The notes: generated from the sequence alone by a model not told the origin. A stretch of DNA of 64,000 nt from an uncultured Thermoleophilia bacterium (GCA_963741075.1 CAVUGS010000012.1:26351-90350), one strand, 5' to 3'; positions 1 to 12,971 are shown, counted from the first letter of the stretch. Translations and numbers: made by a program.

Positions 1-576
1 GTCTCGCTGGGCCTGTACGCGACCATCGTGCAGTCGCCGGAGTATCGCGACGCCAAGCGCGAGACCACCCTCACCGCGCTTCCCGAGATGCTCGGCCCGG
101 GCAGCGAGCCGTTCGACCTGCGGTTCACCACTGCCGACGGCGAGCGGCAGGAGGGCGCGCACGTCATCCAGGTCTCCAACGGACCCTACGGCACCACGGC
201 CGGAGGCCTGGCTTCACGTCCGCGCCTCGACACCGGCGAGCTCGGCATCTTCTCCTTCGCCGTGCCGGACGCCGTGAGCGCCACGCGAGCGATCGCCGCA
301 CTGACGACGGCACATCCCGAGCTGTACCCCGGCTACAGGACCTGGAGCGCGCCGAGCTTTGAGATCACCTCGGGATCGCCCATCGCCGTGGGCCTTGACG
401 GCGAGGCGCTCACCATGGACCCGCCGCTCGTGTTCTCATCGCGCCCCGGCGTGCTGCGCCTGCGTCTGCCCAGGGGCGCCATCGGCTACTCGCCCGCGGC
501 GCGCGCGACTGGGGTCCACAGCTTGCTCAGCCTGTGGAAGGTGGTGCTCGGACGGCCAGTCGCCATCGGCGATTGA
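1..576 (+). CDS. Diacylglycerol kinase family protein, C-terminal part (5' truncated by window)
   Basis: Frame open from base 1 (VSLGLYATIVQSPEYRDAK...). VSNGPY and the GLDGEALTMDPPLVFSSRPGVLRL end are typical of DAGK/YegS C-termini. Confidence 0.75.
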   Translation, partial: VSLGLYATIVQSPEYRDAKRETTLTALPEMLGPGSEPFDLRFTTADGERQEGAHVIQVSNGPYGTTAGGLASRPRLDTGELGIFSFAVPDAVSATRAIAALTTAHPELYPGYRTWSAPSFEITSGSPIAVGLDGEALTMDPPLVFSSRPGVLRLRLPRGAIGYSPAARATGVHSLLSLWKVVLGRPVAIGD

Positions 577-602
577 CCAGGGGGTGCGCCGCATGTGCAC
601 CG

Positions 603-2381
603 TCAGTAGTCCGAGTCCTGCTCCTCCAGCGCGTCGACCCAGCGGTGCGGCGCGTCGTCGGACTCGGGGTCGTGGGCGGCGATATCCCTGAGCGCGGGCT
701 TCACCTTGGCGAAGAAGTGCTCGCGGTCCAGTTCCTTGAGCAGTCCGTAGGTCTCGACGCGCTCCTGGAGGCGTGAGCGGAGCTCGACGAAGGCGATGTG
801 GATCCCGAGCTCGTTGAGCTCGTGGTCGAGTCCCTTGAGCATGTCGGCGGCGGTGACGTCGATGTCGGTGATGGCCTCGCACTGCAGCACGATCCAGCGG
901 GGCTTGCGCTCCCGGACCAGCTTGCGGATCTGCTGCCGGAAGATGCCGGCATTGGCGAAGAACAGCGGCGCCTCCCAGCGGTAGATGACGACGCCCTCCT
1001 CCTGCTCCGCGTCCGGGTACCGCTCGACGTCGTGCCACCCCTTGAGCTCGTGCACGTAGCCCAGCACGGCCCCGGGCGGCCACCAGCTGCGGCGGAAGAA
1101 CAGCAGGATCGAGAGGATGGCGGCGATCAGGATCCCCTGGAGCACACCGAAGAAGACGACCCCCGCCGTGGCTACGAGCGAGAGGAACAGCGCCGTCCTG
1201 CGCACGCGCGCGAACCGGCGCAGCACGGCGACGTCTGCGAGCGAGATGGCCGCCATGATGACGACGGCGGCCAGCGCGGTCTGCGGGAGGTCGGCGAGCA
1301 GCGACGGCACCAGGACGAGCATGAGGATCACGACGCCTGCGCCGACGAGGCCGGTGACCTGCGACTTGGCGCCGGCCTGCTCGGCGACGGCCGTCCGCGA
1401 GCCGCTGACCGAGATCGCGAAGCCCTGGAACATGCCCGCCGCCGCGTTCGAGGCGCCCACGGCTATCATCTCGCGGTTGGCGTCGACCTCGTCACCGCGG
1501 CGGGCGGCGAAACTGGAGGAAGTGGCAATGGTGTCGGTGAGCGAGACCAGCACGATGCCGGCCGCGGCGGCCGCGAGCGCGGCGAGGTCGCCGGCGCTCG
1601 TCCATGGGATCGAGGGTGTCGGCAGCCCCGACGGGAGCGTGCCGACCGTCTTCACGCCCTCGGCGGCCAGATCGAAGACGGCCGACACCACGGTGGCCGC
1701 CACGACCGCGACCAGGACGGCCGGGATCTTCTTCGAGAGGCGCGGCAGTCCGAGCAGGAGCGCGAGTGCGCCGAGGCCGACGAGGAGCGCCGTCGTATTC
1801 GTCTGGTCCAGGTTCGAGAAGAACGCACCGACCTTGTCGACGAACGAGTCTGCGTCGGTGGAGAAGCCGAAGAGCTTGGGGAGCTGACCGACGATGATGG
1901 TGATCGCCAGCCCGTTCATGTAGCCGACCTGGACCTCCTTGGAGAGCAAGTCGGCGATGAACCCGAGCTTGCCGAGGCCCAAACCGATCTCGATGAGACC
2001 CACCATGAGCGCCAGCATGCCGGCAAGGGCGATCGCGCTGGCGGTGTCGTTCGCCACGATGAGCGGCGTGATGGCCGCGAAGATCAGCGGGGAGACGGAT
2101 GAATCCGGGCCGAGGACCAGCACGCGCGACGGCCCGAGGAGTGCGTAGACGACGAGGCAGGCGATGGTCGTGTAGAGGCCGGTGACGGGAGGGAGACCGG
2201 CCAGCTCGGCATACGCCAGCCCCTGCGGCACGAGGATCGCCGCGAGCACGATGCCGGCGACGAGGTCGAAGCGCAGCCACGCCGGCTTGTACGTCCGCAG
2301 CATGCCGATCCCGGGCACGGCCGAATCCAGCCGGCTCCTCTTGATCGGCCCCGCCTCAGTCGTCTCGGGCTGCGTCGTCAT
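603..2381 (-). CDS. SulP family anion permease with C-terminal STAS domain
   Basis: Intact 592 aa. DLVAGIVLAAILVPQGLAYAELAG SulP signature, many TM segments, STAS (LFFANA, DIDVTA). Confidence 0.95.
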   Translation of the reverse strand: MTTQPETTEAGPIKRSRLDSAVPGIGMLRTYKPAWLRFDLVAGIVLAAILVPQGLAYAELAGLPPVTGLYTTIACLVVYALLGPSRVLVLGPDSSVSPLIFAAITPLIVANDTASAIALAGMLALMVGLIEIGLGLGKLGFIADLLSKEVQVGYMNGLAITIIVGQLPKLFGFSTDADSFVDKVGAFFSNLDQTNTTALLVGLGALALLLGLPRLSKKIPAVLVAVVAATVVSAVFDLAAEGVKTVGTLPSGLPTPSIPWTSAGDLAALAAAAAGIVLVSLTDTIATSSSFAARRGDEVDANREMIAVGASNAAAGMFQGFAISVSGSRTAVAEQAGAKSQVTGLVGAGVVILMLVLVPSLLADLPQTALAAVVIMAAISLADVAVLRRFARVRRTALFLSLVATAGVVFFGVLQGILIAAILSILLFFRRSWWPPGAVLGYVHELKGWHDVERYPDAEQEEGVVIYRWEAPLFFANAGIFRQQIRKLVRERKPRWIVLQCEAITDIDVTAADMLKGLDHELNELGIHIAFVELRSRLQERVETYGLLKELDREHFFAKVKPALRDIAAHDPESDDAPHRWVDALEEQDSDY

Positions 2382-2411
2382 CGCCCCCCTGCTTTACCGG
2401 TCGGTCACGAA

Positions 2412-2420
2412 TGGTAGCAT
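2412..2420 (+). promoter_or_regulatory. Extended -10 (TGG-TAGCAT) 6 nt before GTG: probable leaderless promoter
   Basis: TGn+TAnnnT at 2412-2420, start codon at 2427, no SD. Confidence 0.5.
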
Positions 2421-2426
2421 CTGCCC

Positions 2427-3041
2427 GTGGCCGATACAGCAGCCAAGCAGGACATCCGAAGCATCGCGCGCGAGGTGTTCCACGAACTCGTGGTGCTCGA
2501 CACCGCCGTGTACCAGGCGATCGAGGCTACACCCACGCCGCTCATCGACGCACCATTACGGCGTCTCTCCAACTCGGCCAACCACGCCAAGCTGTACATG
2601 GGCATCGCCGCGCTGCTGTTCGCCGTCGGCGGCAAGAGGGGCCGCCGGGCCGCCGTCACAGGCATGGCCGCCGTCGGGCTGAACTCGTTCGTCGTGAACG
2701 TCCCAATGAAGTTCGCTGGACATCGCCCTCGACCGGAACGCGGGGTCGTCCGGTTCGAAGAAGCGCGGCACGTGAAGATGCCGACGTCGACTTCGTTCCC
2801 GTCCGGGCACTCGGCCTCGGGCTTCGCGTTCGCCGCCGGTGTCGCCGAGGCCATCCCGGCGCTCGGCGTGCCGCTCAGAGGCCTTGCCACTGTGGTCGCG
2901 TATTCGCGCGTCCACTCCGGGGTGCACTACCCCGGAGACGTCATCGTAGGGTCACTGATCGGGATGGCCGTCGGGGAGAGCACGGTGCTCGCTTCGCGCG
3001 CGGTCCGCAGGCGGCTGCCCGGCGGCAAGCAGACGGACTAG
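2427..3041 (+). CDS. PAP2 family phosphatase
   Basis: K..RPRP, SFPSGHS and SRVHSGVHYPGDV motifs. TAG stop. Confidence 0.92.
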   Translation: MADTAAKQDIRSIAREVFHELVVLDTAVYQAIEATPTPLIDAPLRRLSNSANHAKLYMGIAALLFAVGGKRGRRAAVTGMAAVGLNSFVVNVPMKFAGHRPRPERGVVRFEEARHVKMPTSTSFPSGHSASGFAFAAGVAEAIPALGVPLRGLATVVAYSRVHSGVHYPGDVIVGSLIGMAVGESTVLASRAVRRRLPGGKQTD

Positions 3042-3046
3042 CTAGT

Positions 3047-3078
3047 CCGCCGCCTCCGCGGCGCCGCGGAGGCGGCGG
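3047..3078. terminator. Perfect 14-bp hairpin between convergent genes
   Basis: CCGCCGCCTCCGCG-GCGC-CGCGGAGGCGGCGG just after the PAP2 stop. Confidence 0.65.
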
Positions 3079-3254
3079 CTGGAGGTTCGCTCGCAGGGCG
3101 GAGCATCACGCCGGCACGCTGACCGCCGGCTGCATCGCCGGGATGATCTTCGCAGGGACTTCTTCTGGTTCATCGCCCTGGCGGCGAAGCGAAGCCATCT
3201 GCGCGGCGATCATCGCTCACGCGGCGTGGGCCAGAGGGCTGCGCGCGATCCTCG

Positions 3255-3851
3255 TCATCGCAGCGCCAGCAGGATCCAGGTGACGGCCGGCGGGACGCCG
3301 AAGAGCGCGATGCAGGCCGCCAGTACGGGGTGGGTCGGCAGGGCGGCGATGTGGTCGTCGGAGATGAGCAGCACGCCCAGCAGGAGCGCCGCGATCGTCG
3401 CGACGGCGCAGGCCGTCCCCAGGAAGTCGGGATGGCCGGACTGCTGACGAAGGGCGCAGACGCCGACGAACGCGAGTCCGGCCAGCAGGGAGCACCCGAA
3501 GGGGAGGACCCACCAGAGGCGCTGCGGCAGGGTGCGTCTCGGGGCGGTGGCCGGCTCTGCCGGCCGGGTGACCCAGTGTTCGGCGTCCGTCGGCGTCCTC
3601 GGAGAAGGCCGCGCGCCCGGGTATCGATCCGTCGGCGGGCGCGACATGCTGTCGCGAGCCGGCGCTCCTGTCTGATGGGGCGAGGCGGCGGCGTCATCGA
3701 CGGTGGAGCCGCCGATCGGCTCGGCGAAGACGGGGGTGAAAGCAGGGTCGGCGACCACGGGCTCGCCGTCGGCACCGGCGATGCCGGCGAGCGAAGGTGG
3801 TTCGGGTGCTTGCGGCGCTTCGGGCGCGTTCGGGATCAGGTCGTCCGTCAC
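3255..3851 (-). CDS. Hypothetical membrane protein (disordered N-terminus, 3 C-terminal TM segments)
   Basis: Pro/Ala-rich N-terminus, then three hydrophobic helices. Lies directly after purF. Confidence 0.55.
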   Translation of the reverse strand: MTDDLIPNAPEAPQAPEPPSLAGIAGADGEPVVADPAFTPVFAEPIGGSTVDDAAASPHQTGAPARDSMSRPPTDRYPGARPSPRTPTDAEHWVTRPAEPATAPRRTLPQRLWWVLPFGCSLLAGLAFVGVCALRQQSGHPDFLGTACAVATIAALLLGVLLISDDHIAALPTHPVLAACIALFGVPPAVTWILLALR

Positions 3852-3867
3852 ATCCGCCCGCAGTCGA

Positions 3868-5305
3868 TCAGGGGTCGCAGGCGGCTGCGGCCGCGCCCTT
3901 CTCGAAGCGCATCTTGCACATCGCGTACTCCTCGGGCACCTCGATGGGGTAGTCGCCGTCGAAGCAGGCGCGGCAGAACTGCTCGCGCGGCAGGCCGGTG
4001 CTGGCCTGGAGGCCGTCGAGCGTGAGGTAGTGCAGGCTGGTGGCGCCGACGTGGTCGCGGATCTCGTCCACCGTCTTGTTGGACGCGATGAGCTCGGCGC
4101 GCGTGGCCATGTCGATGCCGTAGAAGCAGGGCCACTGGATGGGCGGCGAGCTGATGCGCAGGTGCACCTCGGCGGCGCCGGCGCCGAACAGCATGTGCGA
4201 CCAGCCGGCGCGTCGTGTTGCCGCGGACGATGGAGTCGTCGACGACGATGAGCCGCTTGCCCTTGATCACCGAGGTCAGCGGGTTGAGCTTCATGCGGAT
4301 GCCCACCTGGCGCAGGTTGTCGTCGGGCTGGATGAAGGTGCGGTGCACGTAGCGGTTCTTGATGAGGCCCTCGGTGTAGGGGATGCCGGAGGCGGCGGCG
4401 TAGCCGATCGCCGCCGGCATGCCCGTGTCCGGCACCGGGACGACCAGGTCGGCCTCGACGGGCGCTTCCATCGAGAGCTGCCTGCCCATGTTCTGGCGCA
4501 CGACGTGCAGCGTCTTGCCGTTCATGACGCTGTCCGGCCGGGCGAAGTAGATGAACTCGAAGATGCAGAGGGCCGGGCGCGAGCCCTCGAGCTCGACGCG
4601 CTCGCTGCGCAGGCCGTGCTCCTTGTCGGCGATCACGATCTCGCCCGGCTGGATCTCGCGCACGAAGTCGGCGCCGATGATGTCGAGGCCGGAGGTCTCG
4701 CTGCTGAACACCGGGTGGCCCTCGTAGTCGCCGAGGCAGAGCGGGCGCACGCCGTAGGGATCGCGGAAGCCGACGACGGCGCCGCCGCTCATCACCGCGG
4801 CGGAGAACGCCCCGCGGATCTTGCTGACGGCCGTCCGCACGCCCTCGAGCAGGTCACCCTCGGACTCGTGTGCGATGAGCGCCGTGATGACCTCGGTGTC
4901 GGTGGTGCCCGAGAACTTGACCCCCTGGGCGACGAGCTCGTCGCGCAGCTCGGTGGTGTTGACGAGGTTGCCGTTGTGACCCAGGGCGATGACGTCGCCG
5001 TTGCGGCTGCGCACCAGCGGCTGCGAGTTCTGCCAGTGGCTGGCGCCGGTGGTGCTGTAGCGCACGTGGCCGATGGCGTGCTGGCCGCTGAGGCTCTGCA
5101 GCATCTGCTCGTTGAACACCTGGCTGACGAGGCCGAGGTCCTTGATGACGGTGACCTGGCCGTCGTCGGACACGGCGATGCCGGCGCTCTCCTGGCCGCG
5201 ATGCTGCAGGGCGTACAGCCCGAAGAAGGTCAGGCGCGCGACGTCGTGGCCCGGCGCGTGGATGCCGAAGACGCCACAGCTGTCGTGGAGACGATCGTCG
5301 TACAA
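3868..5305 (-). CDS. purF: Amidophosphoribosyltransferase (one frameshift near 4195)
   Basis: HDSCGVFG N-terminal Cys, LQHRGQES, VDDSIVRGNT. C-terminus (ISSPP, CFYGID, CRACF) is in ORF 3868..4194. Confidence 0.95.
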
Positions 5306-5319
5306 GACGCTCGGTTCTG

Positions 5320-7627
<2,308 letters not shown>

Positions 7628-7631
<4 letters not shown>

Positions 7632-8356
7632 GCCGTCACCTCCGCGCCGCGCAGGGCGTCGATCATGGAGCCGAAGAAGACGCGGCCGTCGGCCCCGCCG
7701 GCGAGCTCGGCCTCCACGGAGTTCTCCGGGTGCGGCATCATGCCGAACACGTTGCGGGTGTCGTTGCAGACGCCGGCGATGTCGTCGAGCGCGCCGTTGG
7801 GATTGGCGCCCTCGGCCCGCTCGCCGGCGGCGTTGACGTAGCGCACGACGATCTGGTCGTTGGCCTTCATCTTCTCGAAGGTCGCCGGGTCGACCGTGTA
7901 GTTGCCCTCGTTGTGCTTGACGACGATGCGCAGCACGTCGCCCTGCTCGCAGGCGCCGGTGAACGGCGTGTCCGCCGTCTCCACGCGCAGGTTGACGTAC
8001 CTGCAGACGAACTTGAGGCCCGTGTTCCGGATGAGGCCGCCGGGCAGGAGGCCGGCCTCGATCAGGATCTGGAAGCCGTTGCAGATGCCCATCACGAGCC
8101 CGCCGTCCGCGGCGAAGTCGGTGATGGACTGCATGATGGGGCTGAAGCGGGCGATGGCGCCGCAGCGCAGGTAGTCGCCGTAGCTGAACCCGCCGGGGAT
8201 GACGATGCCGTCGACGCCCTTGAGGTCGGTGTCCTTGTGCCAGAGGTACTCGGCGGTGACGCCGGGGAAGGTCTCGAGCGCGTGGTGCGTGTCGCCGTCG
8301 GTGTTGATGCCGGGGAAGACGACGACGCCGATGCGCAGGGGAGAAGCAGCGGTCAT
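7628..8356 (-). CDS. purQ: FGAM synthase glutaminase subunit PurQ
   Basis: [24 protein letters not shown]. Confidence 0.97.
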
Positions 8357-8363
8357 CGCGGCG

Positions 8364-8615
8364 TCACCCCTCGGTGATCTCGAAGGTGTAGTCCTCGATG
8401 ATCGGGTTGGAGAGGAGCTTGCGGCACATGTCGTCGACCTGGGCGCGGGCGGCCTCTTCGCTGAGGCCCGCGCCGTCGATGGTGAGATCGACGATCTTGC
8501 CGATGCGGACGCCGCTCACACCCTCGAAGCCGAGGTTGGGGAGCGACCGTTCGACGGCTGCTCCCTGGGGGTCGAGGATGCCCTGTTTCGGGACGACGTA
8601 GACACGGACCTTCAT
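8364..8615 (-). CDS. purS: FGAM synthase subunit PurS
   Basis: MKVRVYVVPKQGILDPQG...LLSNPIIEDY, 83 aa, upstream of purQ. Confidence 0.95.
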   Translation of the reverse strand: MKVRVYVVPKQGILDPQGAAVERSLPNLGFEGVSGVRIGKIVDLTIDGAGLSEEAARAQVDDMCRKLLSNPIIEDYTFEITEG

Positions 8616-8717
8616 CGATTCACCTGCCCGGAGAATGTGTGCGGGGACGCGCCCGAGTCTATCGCAGATGCGGGCCGGGCGGGGCCTGCCTGCGGCGCCC
8701 CGCCCGCCCCCGGACGT

Positions 8718-8752
8718 GCAGGGAGGGCCGCCCTGCGGGCGCCCCTCCCTGC
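8718..8752 (-). terminator. Hairpin downstream of the multicopper oxidase
   Basis: GCAGGGAGGG...CCCTCCCTGC 10-bp stem with an inner CGCCC/GGGCG stem, 27 nt past the stop. Confidence 0.5.
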
Positions 8753-8778
8753 GGTCCATCCGGTCCGTTCGCACGGTC

Positions 8779-10631
8779 CTACTTGACGACCTCGAACGGC
8801 CGCATCATGTCGTTCTCCTCGTGCTCGAGGATGTGGCAGTGATAGACCCAGTTGCCGTAGCTCCTGGTCTTCCAGTCGTAGTCCAGCAGCGACGTCACGG
8901 GCAGCGTGAACTTGGCCCGCGTCCTCGTCACCATGCCCGGGATAGGCCTTCACGGTGTCCTTGTAGCCCATCTCCTCTGGGGCCGGCGGGATCGGAGTCG
9001 CCGACCAGGTAGTCGCTGAGTCTGGGCTTGAGCAGCGGGTCCCGCCCGAGCCGTGTCGGACGCGAGGTAGGCTTCCCAAGCCGCCGTGTAGCCGTCGACG
9101 TCGATCGCCTGCCGGTTCACGACCTGGGATGCCACCAGGTGCGGGTGCATCGGGTGGGCGTCCACGGTCAGGTTGATCCAGCGCCAGGTCTCGGTGGTAC
9201 CGGCCTTGATGAAGTCGGTCGTCGGGTCCATGAAGTGGTAGCCGTTGAGCAGCACCTCGTCGGGACCTCTGCTCCGTACCGCGTCCGTGCGTTCTCCTTG
9301 GCGACGATGTCCCGCGGCGCGCACGCCCGGCGTCGCCGACCAGCCGCGGCACGGCCGGCAGCTTCAGCTTGGCGGGCGGCACGCTGCGTGTCGGGGTCGT
9401 TCGCCGGCACCGGCGTGTTGATGTTGATCTTCATGAGGTCGGCGACCTGCGGGGCGTCGCCGTCCGGATACGGCTCGTTGGCGTCGTTGTGTCATCATGA
9501 CTCGTGCTGCCGAGCGGCAGGCCGGTGAAGTCGACGATGACGTCGAAGCGCTCGCCGGGGGCGATCAGCAGCTGGGTCTTCTCACCGGCTTGGGCAGCAG
9601 GCCCTGCTCGGAGCCGATGACCCAGAACGGGAGGTCGCGCCGGCGCCCGTGTCGAAGCTCAGGTCGTAGAAGCGGGCCTGCGAGCCGTTCAGGAGGCGCA
9701 GCCGGTAGCGCCGCGGCTGCGCGTCCAGGTACGGATAGGCCTTGCCGTTGACGACCGGGGTGTCGCCGAAGAACTCGGGCACCCAGACCGGGTGGACGGG
9801 CGCTGATGCCCATCGGTCGGGTAGAACAGCGTGCCGTCGTCGTTGAACTGCTTGTCCTGGAGCACCAGCGGCAGGTGGTACTTGCCGTAGCCGGACGGGA
9901 CCTTCTGGCCGTTGATCGTCGTGCCGTTGTCGACCTTGTCGAAGATCAGGTAGGCGGCGGCCAGGCCGAGGTACGGCTTGAACCGCGTGGCCCCCATGGT
10001 GTGGTCGTGGTACCAGAGCAGCGACGCCGGCTGGTCGTTCACGTAGGTGAAGGTGTCGGTGACGTAGTCCTCGCCCTTCTGGCCGTCGGCCGTCCACCAC
10101 TGCATCGGGCGTGCCGTCGAAGCGCGCCGCGGTGTGCCCGCCGTGGAGGTGCGGGATCGCCGCGCCGGTCGGCACATCGACCCGGCGCTCCGGGGATCGT
10201 CGGGTCGATCGAGTCCTTGAGCGGGAAGGCGCTCGGGTCGGTCGGCAGGTTGTTGATGTACTTGACCACCACCGGCCTGCCCGATCTGCGCGACGATCGT
10301 CGGGCCGAGCAGGACGGGCGTCTTGCCCGGGCTGCCCGTACGTCCAGACGGTCGCCGGGCCCAGGCACTGAGTTGAACTGGTGCTGGCTGGCCGTCATGT
10401 TGATCTCGTAGTAGTCGGCCCAGCTGAGTAGGCCGGGTTGAAGGTCTTCTGCGCCACCGGCGGCACCGGCAGCGGGTCGACCCATTTGTCCATCGGCGGA
10501 CTGGCCTGTGCGGCTGCCGCGATGGCCAGGAGGCCGGCGGCCAGCAGGGCGACCGCAAGGACCACGAGGCCGGCGCGCTTCTTCCACCGCGTATCTGACC
10601 GGTGTGGACTCGTCGTGGAGTAGGTAGTCAT
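8779..10631 (-). CDS. Secreted CotA/bilirubin-oxidase-like multicopper oxidase (many frameshifts)
   Basis: All four Cu motifs are present: [28 protein letters not shown]. Sec-type signal peptide ending AAAQA. Confidence 0.9.
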
Positions 10632-10697
10632 CGTGCTCCCCTTGTCGTCTCTGGCAAGCTGAACTGGCGCGGTGGCGCCGGACTCATCTCCGCCCGC

Positions 10698-11151
10698 TCA
10701 CGCGAGCGGCGGGATGACGGCTCTGGTTGCCGGAGGTGGAGCCCGGGGTGAGTTGCCGCGGTCCGCTCGGGAGGCAGGCTCGGCGACGATCTGGAGCAGC
10801 AGCCGGGTCCCCAAGGTCGGATGCGGCCGGACCAGCCCAGACGTGGGCAGCTCGAGACCGACGACCCCGCGCGCCAACCTCCGCTCGGAGGGCGGCGGGG
10901 GCGCGTCGCGCCGCTCGATCCCGTGCTGGCCCGCGTCAGTCGTGTAGAGATCGCGGCGCGTTTCCGGCATACTTCCAGCCCGCGGCCGTTTCGGGCGGGC
11001 GGGCTGCCGTCGGCGTGGGCCGGGATGCGGCCAGTGCCGCCACGACGACGAGGAGGACGACCGCGAGCCGCCGGCCCCAGACGGGACCTGGCTGATCGAC
11101 TGAGGCCCGGTGCGGCCGTCGCCGACCTCGTTGTGTTGCGCGCCCAGCCAC
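10698..11151 (-). CDS. Putative leader/arrest peptide ORF with hydrophobic N-region and C-terminal RAPP motif (frameshifted)
   Basis: RRLAVVLLVVVAALA hydrophobic segment in ORF 10936..11151. ...NSPRAPPPATRAVIPPLA* in ORF 10698..10970, ending 66 nt upstream of the oxidase start. Confidence 0.45.
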
Positions 11152-11367
11152 TAGACGGTGATCCCCTTCCCACCTGCCGGATCCGTGCGGAAGCGCACGG
11201 CGCCTGACCGTCCCTCATGGTGCTGGGCGGGTGACGGGGTCGAACAGCGCCTTTGCGCCAGATTTCACCTAGACGAATGTCAGACTGGCGTCCGCGTCCG
11301 TGCGTGACGAACGGCCGTTGCCAGACTGGACGACGATTAGGGTCTGTCCGGGGTGCGCCTGTCTGCC

Positions 11368-11606
11368 TCAAGCGGCCTTCTGCCCGGTCTCCTGCGGCTG
11401 GTGGGCGGCGACGTATCGCCCATCTCGTCGGACTGCTTCTTGAAGTCCTCGAGCGGACCTGCAGGCCGTGTAGGTACGTGCTGTACTTGGCGGTGTCCGC
11501 CGCCATGGGGCGGCACTCCTCCAATTGCTCGTCGGGTCGTGTCCATGAAGTCGGTGGCGCTCTGCCCGAGAGTCTGGATGCGTGTTCGCGTCTCTGACCG
11601 GCTCAT
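11368..11606 (-). CDS. Small helical hypothetical protein (~80 aa, frameshifted)
   Basis: Rebuilt across frames: MSRSETRTRIQTLGQSATDFMDTTRR..LEECRPMAADTAKYSTYLHGLQGPLEDFKKQSDEMG..AAHQPQETGQKAA. Confidence 0.35.
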
Positions 11607-11783
11607 TACGAACCTCCGCATGCCGGTTTGGGGGGCTGGGAATCGTGCACTGGTGCAACTCTCGAGCCGTTCCCGCGGCGGCGTGATGACTGTTCTGACG
11701 CTTCCGCGCCGCGCAGGGCGTTTGGGGCGGGGAAATACCCGTGGGAGGCTTTCAGCGTTCACGAGTGATTCCGGGAGGTGGCG

Positions 11784-12971
11784 ATGGCACGAGTACAGAT
11801 GTATTCGATGGAATGGTGCCCGTACTGCGCCAAGGCCAAGGCGCTTCTCGGCGCCAAGGGGATCGAGTACGACGAGGTCGACGTCACGGACGACGAGCCG
11901 GCCGCGCTCGAGATGGTGCAGCGCACGGGCCAGCGTGGCGTGCCGCAGTTCTTCATCGACGACCAGTGGATCGGCGGCTACGACAGCCTCGCGTACCTGA
12001 ACGCGACGGGGAGCCTCGACAAGCTGTTCGGCATCGAGTCGACGGTGGACCTCACGAAGGTGTGGGACGTGGCGGTGGTGGGCGGCGGACCGGCCGGCCT
12101 GTCGGCCGCCATGTACGCCGCCCGCAAGAACCTCTCGACGATCCTCATCGCGCTGGACCTGGGCGGGCAGGTCGGCATCACGCACCTGGTGACCAACTAC
12201 CCCGGTCTGGCGGTGGTCGAGGGACCCGAGCTGGTCCGGCTGATGTTCGAGCAGGCTTACATGTACGGGCTCGAGCGCCTCATCGGCGAGCGCGTGGACA
12301 ACCTGCGCGTCGACGGCCGGGCCAAGGTGCTGGAGCTGGCCTCCGGCAAGGAGGTCAAGGCTCGGTCGGTGATCCTCGCCAGCGGCGCGGAGAAGCGCCG
12401 GCTCGAGATCCCCGGCGAGGACAAGTACGCCGGCCGCGGCGTGGTGTACTGCTCCACCTGTGACGGTCCGTTCTACCGCGGCAAGACCATCGCCATCGTC
12501 GGCGGCGGCAGCTCGGCGCTCGAGGCGGCCGTCGAGATGAGCGGCATCGCGAAGAGGGTGCACGTGGTCAGCCGCGGCCCGTGGAGCGGCGAGGAGTGGC
12601 TCAGGGACAAGGCCGGATCGGCCCCCGGCGTCAGGCCGCTCGTCGGCTACGAGCCGGTGGAGATCCTGGGCGACGAGGTGGTCGACAGGCTCGTCATCCG
12701 CGACATCGAGACGCGCAAGCAGCGCACCCTCCTGGTGGACGGCGTGTTCATCGAGGTCGGCCTGTCGCCCAACTCCGCGCTCGTGCTGGACCTCGCCCGC
12801 ACCAACCAGCGGGGCGAGGTGATCGTCGACGAGTGGGGCGACACCGGGATACGCGGCGTCTTCGCCGCCGGCGACGTCACCGCCAACAAGGACAAGCAGA
12901 TCGTCATCGCCGCCGGGGAGGGCGCAAAGGCTGCGCTGGCGGCGTTCGACTACCTGATCTCGCAGCGCTGA
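11784..12971 (+). CDS. Glutaredoxin-thioredoxin reductase fusion
   Basis: N-terminal Grx (WCPYC, VPQFFI) fused to TrxB-like reductase (GGGPAGLSAA, CSTCDG, FAAGD). SD GGAGG. Confidence 0.9.
   Translation: MARVQMYSMEWCPYCAKAKALLGAKGIEYDEVDVTDDEPAALEMVQRTGQRGVPQFFIDDQWIGGYDSLAYLNATGSLDKLFGIESTVDLTKVWDVAVVGGGPAGLSAAMYAARKNLSTILIALDLGGQVGITHLVTNYPGLAVVEGPELVRLMFEQAYMYGLERLIGERVDNLRVDGRAKVLELASGKEVKARSVILASGAEKRRLEIPGEDKYAGRGVVYCSTCDGPFYRGKTIAIVGGGSSALEAAVEMSGIAKRVHVVSRGPWSGEEWLRDKAGSAPGVRPLVGYEPVEILGDEVVDRLVIRDIETRKQRTLLVDGVFIEVGLSPNSALVLDLARTNQRGEVIVDEWGDTGIRGVFAAGDVTANKDKQIVIAAGEGAKAALAAFDYLISQR

Noticed and set aside
798-2102. Numerous long antisense or alternative-frame ORFs (e.g. 798..2102, 44492..46441, 57202..58368)
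   Set aside because: Shadows of real genes caused by GC3 bias; Arg/Ala/Gly-rich with no motifs.
11160-11340. Riboswitch-like segment (GGCGCAAAG, GGTGAAATC) upstream of the oxidase unit
   Set aside because: Partial word matches only. It lacks the paired architecture of c-di-GMP-I or cobalamin riboswitches.
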